This document shows, in pieces, positions 21,346-33,128 of a stretch of 64,000 bases of DNA (positions are counted from its first letter, which is position 1; each line of letters begins with the position of its first letter). Below the pieces are notes generated by a model. It worked only from the letters and a program-made list of their open reading frames with translations. It ran no database searches and was not told the DNA's origin. Source of the DNA: Lama guanicoe (taxonomy: Eukaryota); NCBI GenBank assembly GCA_013239625.1, contig MU056000.1, positions 8,614,970 to 8,678,969 on the forward strand, in the 5' to 3' direction. The position numbers and the translations under genes are program-made.

Positions 21346-24300
21346 TTTTATACACCTAATTAGCAACTATTCCTTGCTAGCCCCAGCAAAAAAAGACAAA
21401 CACATGCAAAAGGGCTCGTGGTCTTAGTGGACCCCGTCCTGGTGGAGCGGAGACAGAGACGGGATCGTTACTGCACGTGTTGATGTATTTACTAGGTGCC
21501 GGGCCCTCAGCCAGCCTGCTGGAGCAGGTGGGGGGATCAGACGCAGTGGCTCTAAATCATCCAGAACAGGGGCGGGCTTGTGCTTTGGGAATTAACTTTA
21601 TAGTTAATTTAAGAAAATCGTTCTATGCAGGCTTGACTGGGTCTGTACCATCTTTCAAACTCCTTGTGTTAATCTTCTTCATCCTCAGAATAAACAGCTC
21701 TTCAGCACCAGCTGAGCAAAATGTCCTAGCATAAGAATCAACCTGAGCATTTGGTATCCCAAATCACTCCTCGTCTTATGCAAAGAATGGAGCGAGCTGA
21801 GAAATTAGCTTTCTACTTATTTGGGCTTTCTTTAATGTCATTCAATAAAATTTTATCTTCTTTACAAAATTCTTCAGCACCTTTTATTAAGTTTACCCCT
21901 AGTGTCCTTTCTTTGTTATTATTAAGTAAATACCGTAGCTCCTTTTTAATCAGTAGGGAAATTTCTTTGTTTCTATTTTCTGGAAGATTTTTAAAAAATG
22001 TTTCATTTTGTTTTGTTTGTCATTATAAAAGAATTTCTGCTCAGCAATTTCGGGTGTGAAAAAATAATGGAGGAAGGTTTAAAATTCTGAAGGGAAGAAA
22101 GTATGACTTCCAAAGTATTCTATCCAGCCAAGACGAAGTAAAGATGGAAATTTTTATCTTTTTCAAGGCAAGGTGTTAATCAGACATAATGTATGCATTA
22201 AGCAGATGTTTTGAAACATGAGACAGACTATCAATGGACTCTCTATGGCACCACAAAGAGCCCCCCTCCAAAAGCAATGTTAACCACAATAACAAAAAAA
22301 TTCTATTGATTGTGACATCCACCAATTAGAAGTTATTTTTTAAAAAATTTAGAGTCAATAAAACATGGTGGGAGAGCACTAAATTTATTTAAATACACAA
22401 ATTAAACAACTATGAAAATTATGGCTTCAGGAGAGAATTTAAATGTAGTAAACTTTGACAGTGATATCATTGTATACAGCTGTGTGTCTCATGATTGTTA
22501 CACAATGCACACACATGTTTAAAACAACTTAATTATTTCTAGGCATATTGATAAATCATTCCAAAGACAATTCCAATGTATCTAATCCTTTATTTGTTTA
22601 GTTCCAGCTATACTGCTAGCCTGGGTTGAGTTTTATCTAGAACTTAAAAGGACAAAGTGAAAATCTGTTTTAAACCTACACCTTACGGTAGCTAAAAAAA
22701 TAGGCAATGAACAAATCATCCTTGTGTAAAATAGCTTAATAAATCCAAGTGAACAGAATCTGCCCAAAATAATAAACAAAAACTAGAAGTGTGCATGATT
22801 ATAAAGGATGACTGGGCTACAATTAGCATTTTACAGTCACCATTGAAAAATCCTCTCCTTTTTCTTTCTGTTGAAATGTATACTGTAATTATTTTTCATC
22901 AATGTGTTAGGCTTATCAGTAGTCTGGATGTGAAATAACATGAGAGGAAAATGAAATGATATTTCTTTAAAATGGGTAATATCATCATTTTATAATTTAA
23001 AGTTTGGACGTCATTTAAAAGTTCAAATTTCTTTCACTTGACTTTGGTTCATTCATCTGCAAAAATAGACAATTTATCTCAGTTCAATGAATGCTAATTC
23101 TAAAATGGACAATTTAAGAAATGAAAAGATAAGGAAGCCCCACTCTGGGTCTAAAATTTCAGCAGTGATAATACACTTTTTATTCTACTTTATAAGAAAT
23201 TGGCATGTCTTCAAATTGCCCCTGAAAAATTTATGCTACATCTTGGAATTTTTTATTTATTCCTAAAAAAGTTTTTAAATTGACAGTAACCCTGATGTCA
23301 CAAGTATATTTTACTATTTTTTAAAGTGTTAGCTACATGTATTATAAATTTCAGCCTATAAAATGTACAACCTGGTGAGTTTTTAAAATTTTTTTAGTAT
23401 AATCACAGGTATGTAATGATTACTAGTCTCTGATTTCAGAACATTTTCAACACCCAAAAAGGAAATTCATATTCATTAAATAACAGTCACTTCATTTCCC
23501 ACTATACTCGGTCTGGGAGAACCACTAACTATATTCTCTCTAAAGATTTGCTTTCTCTGGACATTTCATCCAAAAGGAGTCATACAGTGTGTGGTCTTCT
23601 GTGATTGGCTTCATTCACATAGCACGGTGTTCTTCAGGCTCCTTTGTTTAGCATGTAACAGTACTTTATTTTTTTTTCATTGCCAAATAATAATCCAATG
23701 TACGGATATAGTACATTTTGTTTAACAATTTATCAGCTGATGGACATTTGGACCATTTCATAATTTTTGGTTATTATGAATAATGTTGCTGTGAATAATT
23801 ATACATATATTTTTTGCATGGACATATTTATTAAGTTCTCTTGGGTATATACATATCTGGGAGTAGGATTGCTGGGTCATGTGGTAACTCTATGTTTAGC
23901 ACTTTGAGAAACTACCAAATGTTTCCCCAAGCGCCTTCACCAGCTTACATTCCCATCAGTAATATACGAGCATTATAATTTCTCCTCAACTTGGCAACAC
24001 TTATTATTTTCTATCTTTTTATTTTAGCCACCCTAGAGGGTGTTAAGTGGTTTCTCATAGTTGTTTTGATTGGCATTTCTCTAGTGACTAAAGATATTGA
24101 GCAAATTTTCTGTGGTTATTAGCATTTCTAGATCTTATATGGAAAAAAGTCTATTCAAATCTTCTGCCCAATTATAAATGGCTTATTTGGTTTTTTACTG
24201 TTGAATTGTAGGAGCCCTTCATATATTCTGGATCTAAGTTCCTAATACGATATATGACTTGCAAATATATCTTGCCATTAAGTGGTTGCTTTTCGTTCAG

Positions 24301-24771
24301 GATAACATGCTTTGGAGAACCAAATGTTTTTATGATTTCTTTGAAAAATTTTGTCATTTTGGCTCTTTTATTTGATGATCCATTTGTGTTAATTTGTGTA
24401 TGACATAAAAAGGGGTTCAGCTTCATTCTTTCTCATGTGAGTATTCAGTTGCCCAAGACTATTTGTTGAACAACTATTCCTTCCCCATTGGAAGGTCTTG
24501 GCATCTTGTCAAAAATCATTTGGTCAAATACAAAAGGTTTTATTTTTGGATTCTCAATTCTATTCTTAAGTCTAGACTTATGCTGGTATCATAATCTCTT
24601 GATTTACTGTAGCTTGGTGGTAAGTTTTCAAATTGGGAGTTGTGAGTTTTTCAACTTTGTTCTTCGTTTTCAAGATTGTGTTGGTTATTCTGGTCCCTTG
24701 CATTTCCGTATGAATTTTATGATCACCTTGTCCGTTTACATAAAAAAGAAAGCCAGGTTTTTGATACATAC

Positions 24772-24806
24772 TGTTTTAAACTGTAGGTTTGTTTTAAACT
24801 GTAGGT
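24772..24806. repeat. 18-bp-period tandem duplication inside L1
   Basis: tgttttaaactgtaggt occurs twice (24772-24788, 24790-24806). Confidence 0.9.
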
Positions 24807-24862
24807 CAGTTTGGTAAGTATTGCCATCTTAATATTCTATTTCCCAATCCATGAATATGGTA

Positions 24863-25399
24863 TATAGTTTCGTGCTGGCCTCAGCCTATCGACAGCCAAT
24901 GTTGTGGTCGGACCAGCCCTTGTGGTCCTTACTGTAATTGTGAGATGCCCTTCAGCAATAACCGTCCGGAAACTTTGGAAACAATAAAGGCTTATTACGT
25001 ACAGGACCTGGAAATTACACAGCACACCTGGGCTATACTGCGAGGGTGCCAGTAGAGAGAGAGGACAGGCAGGCCTGGGGTTCTGCTTTTATTTGGGTAG
25101 AGGATGGGGGCCTAGAGCTTCACAGGCACACTCTGTGTTGGTGAATTTAAAACACTAGAGCTGGAATTTAAAGCATGGGAAGTAAAAACAGAAGGTCCCA
25201 AATGGTCAGTTATTGAAATCCAACAAGATCTCTAAGACAAAGAACCCTGTCTGCGGCCTGGCCCTTTATCCAGTCCTGTGGCTGGTCCTGTGTTTGTTCT
25301 GGAAGCAGGTGCCTCTTTGAAGTGGATGCTTCAGCAATTAAAGCTTAAGTCAGGCGCTGGCGTCACAGATAGAAAAAAGCAGTCAGGGTTAACACTGCA
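24863..25399 (-). mobile_element. Solo LTR (ERVL, MER54/73/74-like) nested in L1
   Basis: GC-richer ~540-bp insert that interrupts a colinear L1; ends in actgca; degenerate flanking duplication ggta(t)/ggca(t). Confidence 0.65.
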
Positions 25400-25779
25400 G
25401 GCATTTTCCCACTTATTTAGGCATTGTTTATTTATTTCTTTCAACAGTATTTTATAGATTTTTAGTGTAGAAGTTTTGCAATTTTTTGGTTAAATTTAGC
25501 CCTAATAGTTTATTCTTTTTAATGCTTTTTAATTTTTTAAATGGATTTTTAAAAAAATTTATTTTTGAATTGTTCATTGGGAGTGCATCGAAGCACAACT
25601 GGCTTTCCTGTATTGGTCTTGTTTCCTGCAGCCTTACTAAACTTGATTAGTGGTCCTAATAACGTGTATGTGCGTGTGTGTGTGTGTGTGTATGGATTCC
25701 ACAGGTATCTCCTCTGTGTCTGTCTGTCTCTCTCTCTATATATATGTATATATGTGTGTATTTTGCTTTTTTCTTTAAA

Positions 25780-27430
25780 TACACGTGTCATCCTTCATGA
25801 ATTTTTAAAGAGTTTTTGGTAACTTTTGTTAGAATTCTGCATGGATTTTTGCAATTCATCCATATTAATATATGCAGTGGAATTTATTTTCACTGTTGTA
25901 TTGAAAATACAGCTGTTTAGTTTTCCTTGTTGATGGAATGTGGGTTTTTCAACACTTTTAACATGACAAAAATGCTACACTGGACATTTTTGTATAGGTC
26001 TTTCAGTCTACAACTGTTGGTTCCTCCCTCCCTCTCTTCCTTCCTTCCATCCTCTGTTCCTCCCTTTTTACTAATATAGAGTTAGGAATAAAATCTTTGA
26101 GTTATAAGTTTTTATATACATTCCTTTTTTTTTAAAAGAGGATGCCAAACTGTTTTCCAAGTAGTTGAACAATTTACATTTCAACCTATAATATACTAGT
26201 AACATTCCTCCCTCTTTTATTTTTCAATCTGGCTCAAGTAAAATGCTATATAATTGATGTCTTATCTCTATTTTTCTAATTGCTAATGAATTTGAGTAAC
26301 TTGTTTGTACGTATTGGGAATTTTTTTTTTTTGCTTCTGATCATAGCATGTTTATGTCTTTCACTCATTTTTTCCCCATTATTTGTATTTTTCTTAATAA
26401 TTTATATGATTTTTAATATATTCTGGATGCTAACCTTAATCAGTTATCTGTGTTGAAAATATCATCTCCTACAATGAAGGTTATCTTTTTCCTTTTTTTT
26501 TTACAGTGTTCCAAGTGGAAAAAACATTTTTTAAATTAATGTAGTCAAAATATATTATCATTTTACTTTATGGTTAATGATTTTCAGTATTATTTTAAAA
26601 AGTCTTAGCCTAACCTATGAACATAAATACCTTCCTACAGTCTTTTCTATAAAATCTCATTTCACCTTTGAGCATTTAAGTCTAATCCAATGGAGCTTAA
26701 TTTTTATTTGTGGAAATGGTCCTAGCACTGTTCACTGCATATTCCTTCACTGTCTCATGTATTTGCAATACTGGATCTCTCTTATATCAAGTTGCCCTAG
26801 TTCACGTTTTCTTTCTGTCCTCTATGTTATTATCTGTTTATCCCTGTGCTACAAGACTACGGCATGTCTTAGTGCCTGGCAGACATATCCAACTATCTTG
26901 CTTTCCTTAAGAGTAACTAGACCATTTGTGGGGCTTTTAAATATTTATACTCATTTTTAGAACTTTCTATTCATGTTTCAGTTCAGACTTGAGTTGAAAT
27001 TGCTTTCAATCCGCAGATCATAATGGTTAACACATTTTGAGCCTTATTTTAAAGATCTCAATCTAATCTCTGATCTTAAAGACACTTTTTTTTTCCAGTC
27101 TTTTAAAATTCATTGTACGGAATTCTTGGCCAACTTCCATCTGATTTCTCTTAAGAATACTGTTTGTTTGTTGCTAGAGTAAAAGTGCCTTCTTAATTAG
27201 ATTCTCTGTTTATTACTTTGTTAATACCATTTTTCTATTGATAGTCTATTCAGCCACCATTATTTATAATACTTTATGGGCAGATTCTCTTGGATTTTCT
27301 ATGTAAGGAGTCATTTTTATCTGCATATAAAACAGTTTTGTTTTTCCAGGCTTTTCCTTTTTACTTTCGTTTTTATTTTTCCTGCAGTTCACTGGTTGGA
27401 AGAAGTCAGGTTGTTTGTACGATGAACTAC
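25780..27430 (-). mobile_element. Ancient L1ME-like fragment
   Basis: Degenerate reverse L1 motifs (ttgttgatggaa; tgccaaactgttttccaagtagttgaacaatttacatt; tatattctggatgctaacc). Confidence 0.7.
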
Positions 27431-27529
27431 CATAATCGGGATTTGCCTGTGATTTTGTATAGCTTGTTCTTCTGTCTCCTGAATTTCCTATCTCTAGATT
27501 ACTAGTTAAATCTAGAGACTTGATCAGAC

Positions 27530-27558
27530 CTTCCTTCCTTTCTTCCTTCCTTCCTTTC

Positions 27559-27629
<71 letters not shown>

Positions 27630-27663
27630 CTCTTTCTTTCTTTCCTTCTTTCCTTCTTTCTTT

Positions 27664-27731
<68 letters not shown>

Positions 27732-27778
27732 ACTTTCTCTCTCTCTATCTCTCTCTCTCTCTCTTCCTTCCTTCCTTT
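27530..27778. repeat. Compound (TTTC)n/(TTCC)n/(TC)n polypyrimidine microsatellite, ~250 bp
   Basis: Read directly. Confidence 0.98.
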
Positions 27779-27889
27779 TGCATATTTATTGGGTGGTTTT
27801 GTGTACTTCCAACAGGAGACCTGTAAATGTGTATTTGTTTCATTTTTTAAGCTGTTAGCCATATTTCATGATCATTGCTTAGAACTAAC

Positions 27890-28408
27890 TGATAGATTTC
27901 AAAATATGGTCACAAATTCTTCTCACCTCATTATCCCTGCTCTCTCTGCAACGGACTTTTCCACTCTTACCATTAAGATATAGGATTCACTTCCCACTCT
28001 CTTGACTCTGGGCTGACATTGTGACTTACTGTGATTGACATAATTTAGTGGATGTAAATTTGAGGGTTTGAAGCCTAGGGCCCAAGAGAGAACTTTTTGC
28101 CTTCTTGCTGTCCCATAACCATTAGTTGAAGAGGTTTAGGGCAGCCTCTTAAGTATGAAAAATGATGGGAAGAGATAGAGGCTGATCTGGTAGTCCCAGC
28201 TGACAGATGTGTGAGTGAAACTCTCTCTATTGGCATGTCTGACTAGTTCCATGTACACGATTCAGGAGAAGCAAGCAGGAGACCTGACTGTTTAAGTCCT
28301 TACATTCCCAGAATTGCTCCTCCAAAGAATTGTAAGCTAACACATGACCGTTCTTTTAAACGACTATTTTTGGGAAGATTTATTACAGATTAATGGATAA
28401 CTGATACA
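27890..28408 (+). mobile_element. MLT1G/H-like MaLR LTR
   Basis: 5' tgatagatttcaaaatatggtcacaaattctt; ttgactctgggctg..tgtgactt; 3' aatggataactgataca. Confidence 0.8.
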
Positions 28409-28924
28409 ATCTTTTAATTAATTCCAGATTATGAAATGGTGATATTCTAATTCTATCAGTACTTTCTTATAATCTGCAATACTTCTATAATAAGGAACTT
28501 TCCTACATCAACTATTTTGTTACCTTAAGGTACAGTTCATTTAGGGAGAAAAATACAGAAAACTAAATTAATTCCATCACTTTATCTACCAGTTTTGAAA
28601 TTAATTAGTTGGTTTCTTAATACACTTTAAAGATATGCAATGCATTTCTCCCCTATCATTACAAACTCATGGATTTAAACATATTGAATGCATCTGTACT
28701 TAAAGAGATAGCCCAATTTTTTATTAGTTGAAGTTGTAGATAGGATCTTGCAGCTCTTGATTTCCATTTTTCCAACAATTTTTTTTGTAACAGAAATTGA
28801 CCTCAAAGAATCACAGATGTCAAACTTGTTTCTCTGATAACGCAGAGTTTAAAGAACAACTGCCCTTTGCCTTAATTAAAATACTTTGTTGTCCAAGACA
28901 TAGCCAAACACTGATTTCAGAAAA

Positions 28925-29100
28925 CTGTGGCCACTTTCTACCTGTGTGGTCTAGAGCAAGTCTTGATTTTTTCTGAGCCTCACTTTATTCACCTTTAAAT
29001 GGGGATAATTTTACTCAATAAAATATTTATAAAAATTAAGTTAGACCTCATGTGGAAAGGTTCCTTCTGGGGTTTCTGGTCCATAGTAGGCACTCAGAAA
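28925..29100 (+). mobile_element. MIR SINE
   Basis: gcaagtc..tctgagcctcacttt..taaatggggataat..catagtaggcactca. Confidence 0.8.
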
Positions 29101-32100
29101 ACTTTAAGTCTTTTTATTTTTTAGCTTCTTTTCTACCCCCTTCTATGTGGCAGAAATTGCTGCAAATTCCTTTATGGTACCAGACTACTTGATTTGACCA
29201 ACATTCAAATATCGTTCCAGAAGAGAAGAGATAGGGTGTATTTTAATTCCTCTTCAATTTTTGACATGTCCTAATCATATCGAACTATTTGTAATTGAAT
29301 ATGTTCCCAGTGACCAGTTGAACGTGTTATATACAAATTTAAAAAATTTTATATGTGAAAAGCGTATTTGAATGATACATATTTAGCTGCCAAATTTACT
29401 TTGTTAATTAAACATTCTTGAGCACAGTCATTATATTTTTGATCTAATTAAAAAGCTTAAAGAATTTAAAAGAACTGCTGCTTCCTTTCACTCTCCTCCC
29501 TTGCCCACAAACTGTGCCCTTTCAATAATCCTGAGTGTCATACCAGGCAGTGACAAGTGGCAAGAGAGACCATGGAAGTCAAACCACTAATTTCACTGCT
29601 CTGTTTTAGAGCTGGCTTCACTTTCAAAATGAAAGAAATTTAAAATACTGGCTTAAATGAGACCTCATGAGTATCTCTAGGTTTCTATTATCTCCGATTT
29701 CATAGTAATGCTCTAAATTTTCAGTGGGAAAAAAAAGGAAGAAAAATAACCCTCTGGTTCTTTCCTGGCTCCCAAAGTTCCCTTAGATCTTCTAGATCTA
29801 GTTAACATGTTAGACATTTAGAAACCACCCTGGAAAAATTCTCTTTGGGTTAGCAGCTGAGAATACCATCAGACCCTTTTGTGATTAAGTGCAGAAATTC
29901 TGAAAAGACTAGAGAAAGAGCAAAGATATGAACCAAACATGTGAACCAATGCAAGATGGAATCTGACACAGCCTGGGCACGCAAGATGCATCTCACATAG
30001 GGTTAATGCTGGTCAGTCTCCTCCTTGGCCTCCAACAGTCCTTGGATTTTAGTTTCCCATTTTTGTAGAGTGCCCTTCCCTTCTAATGTCCTCTCGTAAC
30101 ATTTCTATTTCTACGGGTAATGGCAATATCTTCCTATCCCATAGACGCTCTATGTTTTTCCCATTTCGCTTTCTACATGAGAACAACCCACTGAGTAGAA
30201 GAATTGCAATTTCAAAAATATATGCCCTGTTGGGACTTTGCAAACTGGTTTATAAATTTCCCAACCCTCATCTAGTCACAAATTCTCCTCTTTCTGATTT
30301 TGTTGTTGTTGTTGCTGTTGTTACAACTCACGCAAATAAAATGGACTCACAAAACCTGTGATATTACATTGCACCAAAGCCTGATACACAACAAGTAATA
30401 AACAGATACTTCTGAATGACTAAAACTAACGTGCTTACTGTAGGTTAACATGCCTAAGCGACTTCATCTGTTGCTCTAATTTATTTTGTGCATTTCCAAG
30501 TACTTTAATCTGGGTACATGTTACAATCAAAGACCTAACCAGTTAAATATGCTTTCATCGGGGAAAAAATAAAGATTTGTGCTTTGAAATTTATACATAA
30601 GCAAGTTATAACATGAAATATGTTTTGATTTCACTTTCTGTCTTTAAATTTCACAACATAAAGCTGAACTCAATCAATCACCTTTTATTAAGCTTTAATT
30701 TAAGCTAATTCAATTTATACTGGGGATTAAATTATAAATAGTTTCCTACTTTACTTCTCTAGGTATTTTACCTTAAACTTCCTGCCATCTCGTTGAACTC
30801 CTCAAGAAGTTCTGAATTTTTATTACAGTAATAATAACAACCAATGTCTCAATTTCCTCATTGCAAAAAAAAGACACTTTGTGAGGTTTAATTGTGACAT
30901 AGCATTTGCTATAGAAAACAACAGATAAATAACAGCTAGGATTACTTACAGAATATATTTTCACAAGGAAACAATATATAGTTAGGCATTAAATTATTTA
31001 TCTTCAGAAGAAGGAACAGATGCTAATTAATGTTGAATTTCTTTTTCCACAGGAAGAGAGACCCTCTTGAGCTAAATCAAGAAAAATGAGGAGGAGGCTT
31101 ATTCCAAGGATTCCATAGCAACCTGGGTCATAGACGTCAAGAAAGGAAGGAGAGTGTTGCCGGGCCTGAGGCCTGGGATCCTGGGCTTAAGGCAGCTTTC
31201 TCTGATCATGAGCACACTGATGATCTCTTTGAATTTTTCTTGTTTGTGATGCTCATTGTGTTGTTGTTGTTGTTAGGCCCAGATTTCTCTGATGCTCAAA
31301 GAGTACAGAGGCACCTCTCTGACTCTTGGAAAAGGTGAATGAAGAAGTACCTATGAAGACACGGCTCCAGGCAGCTGAGGCATTAGCAGTTTTTCTCTGA
31401 GTATCTTTTACTCATGACTTCTTTTCTCTGTGCGCCTGCTGCTTTTTGTTAGTGTCTTACCGGCTGTGTCTGGATATTTACAGTTCTACCCACTTCCCTG
31501 TGTCCTTTGCTCCATGGAGCGTGGTCCAGTCTCAGAGCCCCATGACCTGTCTTCCCAAGACTTCATCCTCAGATTGTCTTCTCCGTGGATGCAGATTGCT
31601 GAGAGAGAGACTATAAGGAAAGATGTCAGCTTAACTCTGCGAAAACGTCCATTGCTGATGGGCAGTTCTTGGCCCAACTAATTCACTGAGCCTTGGTGGT
31701 TCACAGAGTACTGCCCAGGCCATTCTGTGGGCAGACTCCCAGAGCGAGCAAGGGATACACCTAGAGGAAGACATGAGAAGGGTAAGGAGTGACTGGTACG
31801 CCAGGTAGAAGGAAGTGTGGATCCTAATTTCCAAGGAAAGTCATCACACTACCTTGGATAAATTCTTCAAAAATATTAAAACATGAAAATCTTTTGAAAT
31901 GATGTAAAATAGAGTTAACTATCAGTGGGCAAATTTTTTTTTTGAGCCACTGCCAAGAGGTTTTGTGTTTATTTTGGCACATAGAAGAAATACTGTGAAT
32001 CCCCCAAACGTGGAGCAATTCTTTTCATCGGGAATATGTGATTAAGTGAGCCGGCCTAAAATAGTTCTGGTCTTTAAAGAAAGTCTCCCTCTAACAGGAG

Positions 32101-33006
32101 CACTGAAGCAGAAGCGTAAATCATAAATAAAACCGAGAACAGCGCTGGGAAGGCATAAGCATGGGCGTAAGGTTCCATTTCCTTCTCTTGTTTATTATCT
32201 CCTCTTATTTCCTTTTAGAAAAGGCAGCACTGGAGAGCCAAAAATCGCCACCCTGAACATCTATTTTTCAACCCTTTCCCTCCACTCGCCAAATCCCCGT
32301 TCACTTTATGTGGTCTGTGGCCCCACTTCCTGGCTTCTTCCATCATTAGTGTTTTGCTTCCTCCCACTCGCCAAGAAGGGGTAGAAGGGGAGCACATTAC
32401 AAAGCTGGGTTTCCACATTGTGGAATTTAACTGTCGCATTTGTCACCAAAGAACACAGCCCCGAAGTGTCTCTGTCAAGCATAATCCTCGGATGATTTGA
32501 GAGACCTTGTAATTATGGATGACTGTGGAAGACCAAGCTGAGTCTCTAGCCATCGGATTTCATCATTAATTAAGGCAGATCACCTGAGCATTGTATCTGG
32601 GGACCACTTGGTTCTGAAAACGTGCAGAATTGCAGTTGCATTGGGGCAGTTTCCCACTGATACCCACGAAAGGCTGCGGCAGGAAACAGCAGGAAGACTG
32701 AATGACCTGCAGGGAAGCATATCAGTGTGTCCTATGCTCCCCACCCCTCCCGCCCAGATGTCCTCTGTGGGACCCACTGAGAGCAGTTACTACAGATAAT
32801 ATCCAGGCGGAGTTCTGCTGCTTGAAGATGATATTTTTTCTTCCGTGACAATGAGAATTAAATGGATAACCATCCGCAGCTCTGTTAATCAAAGAAGGAA
32901 ATGCAGTCAGGAAACTCCCAGCCAAAATCTGGACTTTTCTCAGGTTCTCCTTCCTCCAGCCCTGCCCTGTCATACACACTGGACATCAGGTGCCTCCCCT
33001 CAGGGG

Positions 33007-33128
33007 AAAAAAAGAAAAAAAAAGAAAAAAAAAGGAAAAGAAGAAAAGAAAAAGGTAAAAAGAAGAAAAGGAAAAAAGTTTTTAAAAAATAAAAAAAAAA
33101 AGAAAAAGAAAGAAACAAAGAGAAAGAG
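33007..33128. repeat. A-rich polypurine low-complexity tract
   Basis: Read directly. Confidence 0.95.

Larger units (their letters stand above)
23345..25712 (-). mobile_element. L1MB-like fragment (3' UTR plus distal ORF2), split by an LTR at 24863-25399
   Basis: ORF 24578..24769(-) resembles L1 ORF2 (RITNTILKTKNKVEKLTTPNLKTYHQATV); L1 text ..atccatgaatatgg resumes as ..tttcccacttatttagg after the insert. Confidence 0.9.
27438..28780 (-). mobile_element. L1MC4/5-like 3' UTR, interrupted by a microsatellite and an MLT1 LTR
   Basis: tagttaaatctagagacttgatcaga / ggtggttttgtgtacttcc / aaatggtgatattctaattctatca / aaactcatggatttaaacatatt. Confidence 0.65.

Noticed and set aside
21701..21720. REST/NRSE site (TTCAGCACC)
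   Set aside because: Only the left half-site; the GGACAG right half is absent.
27520..27862. 112-aa ORFs on both strands (FLSF and KKER repeats)
   Set aside because: They are translations of the (TTTC)n microsatellite.
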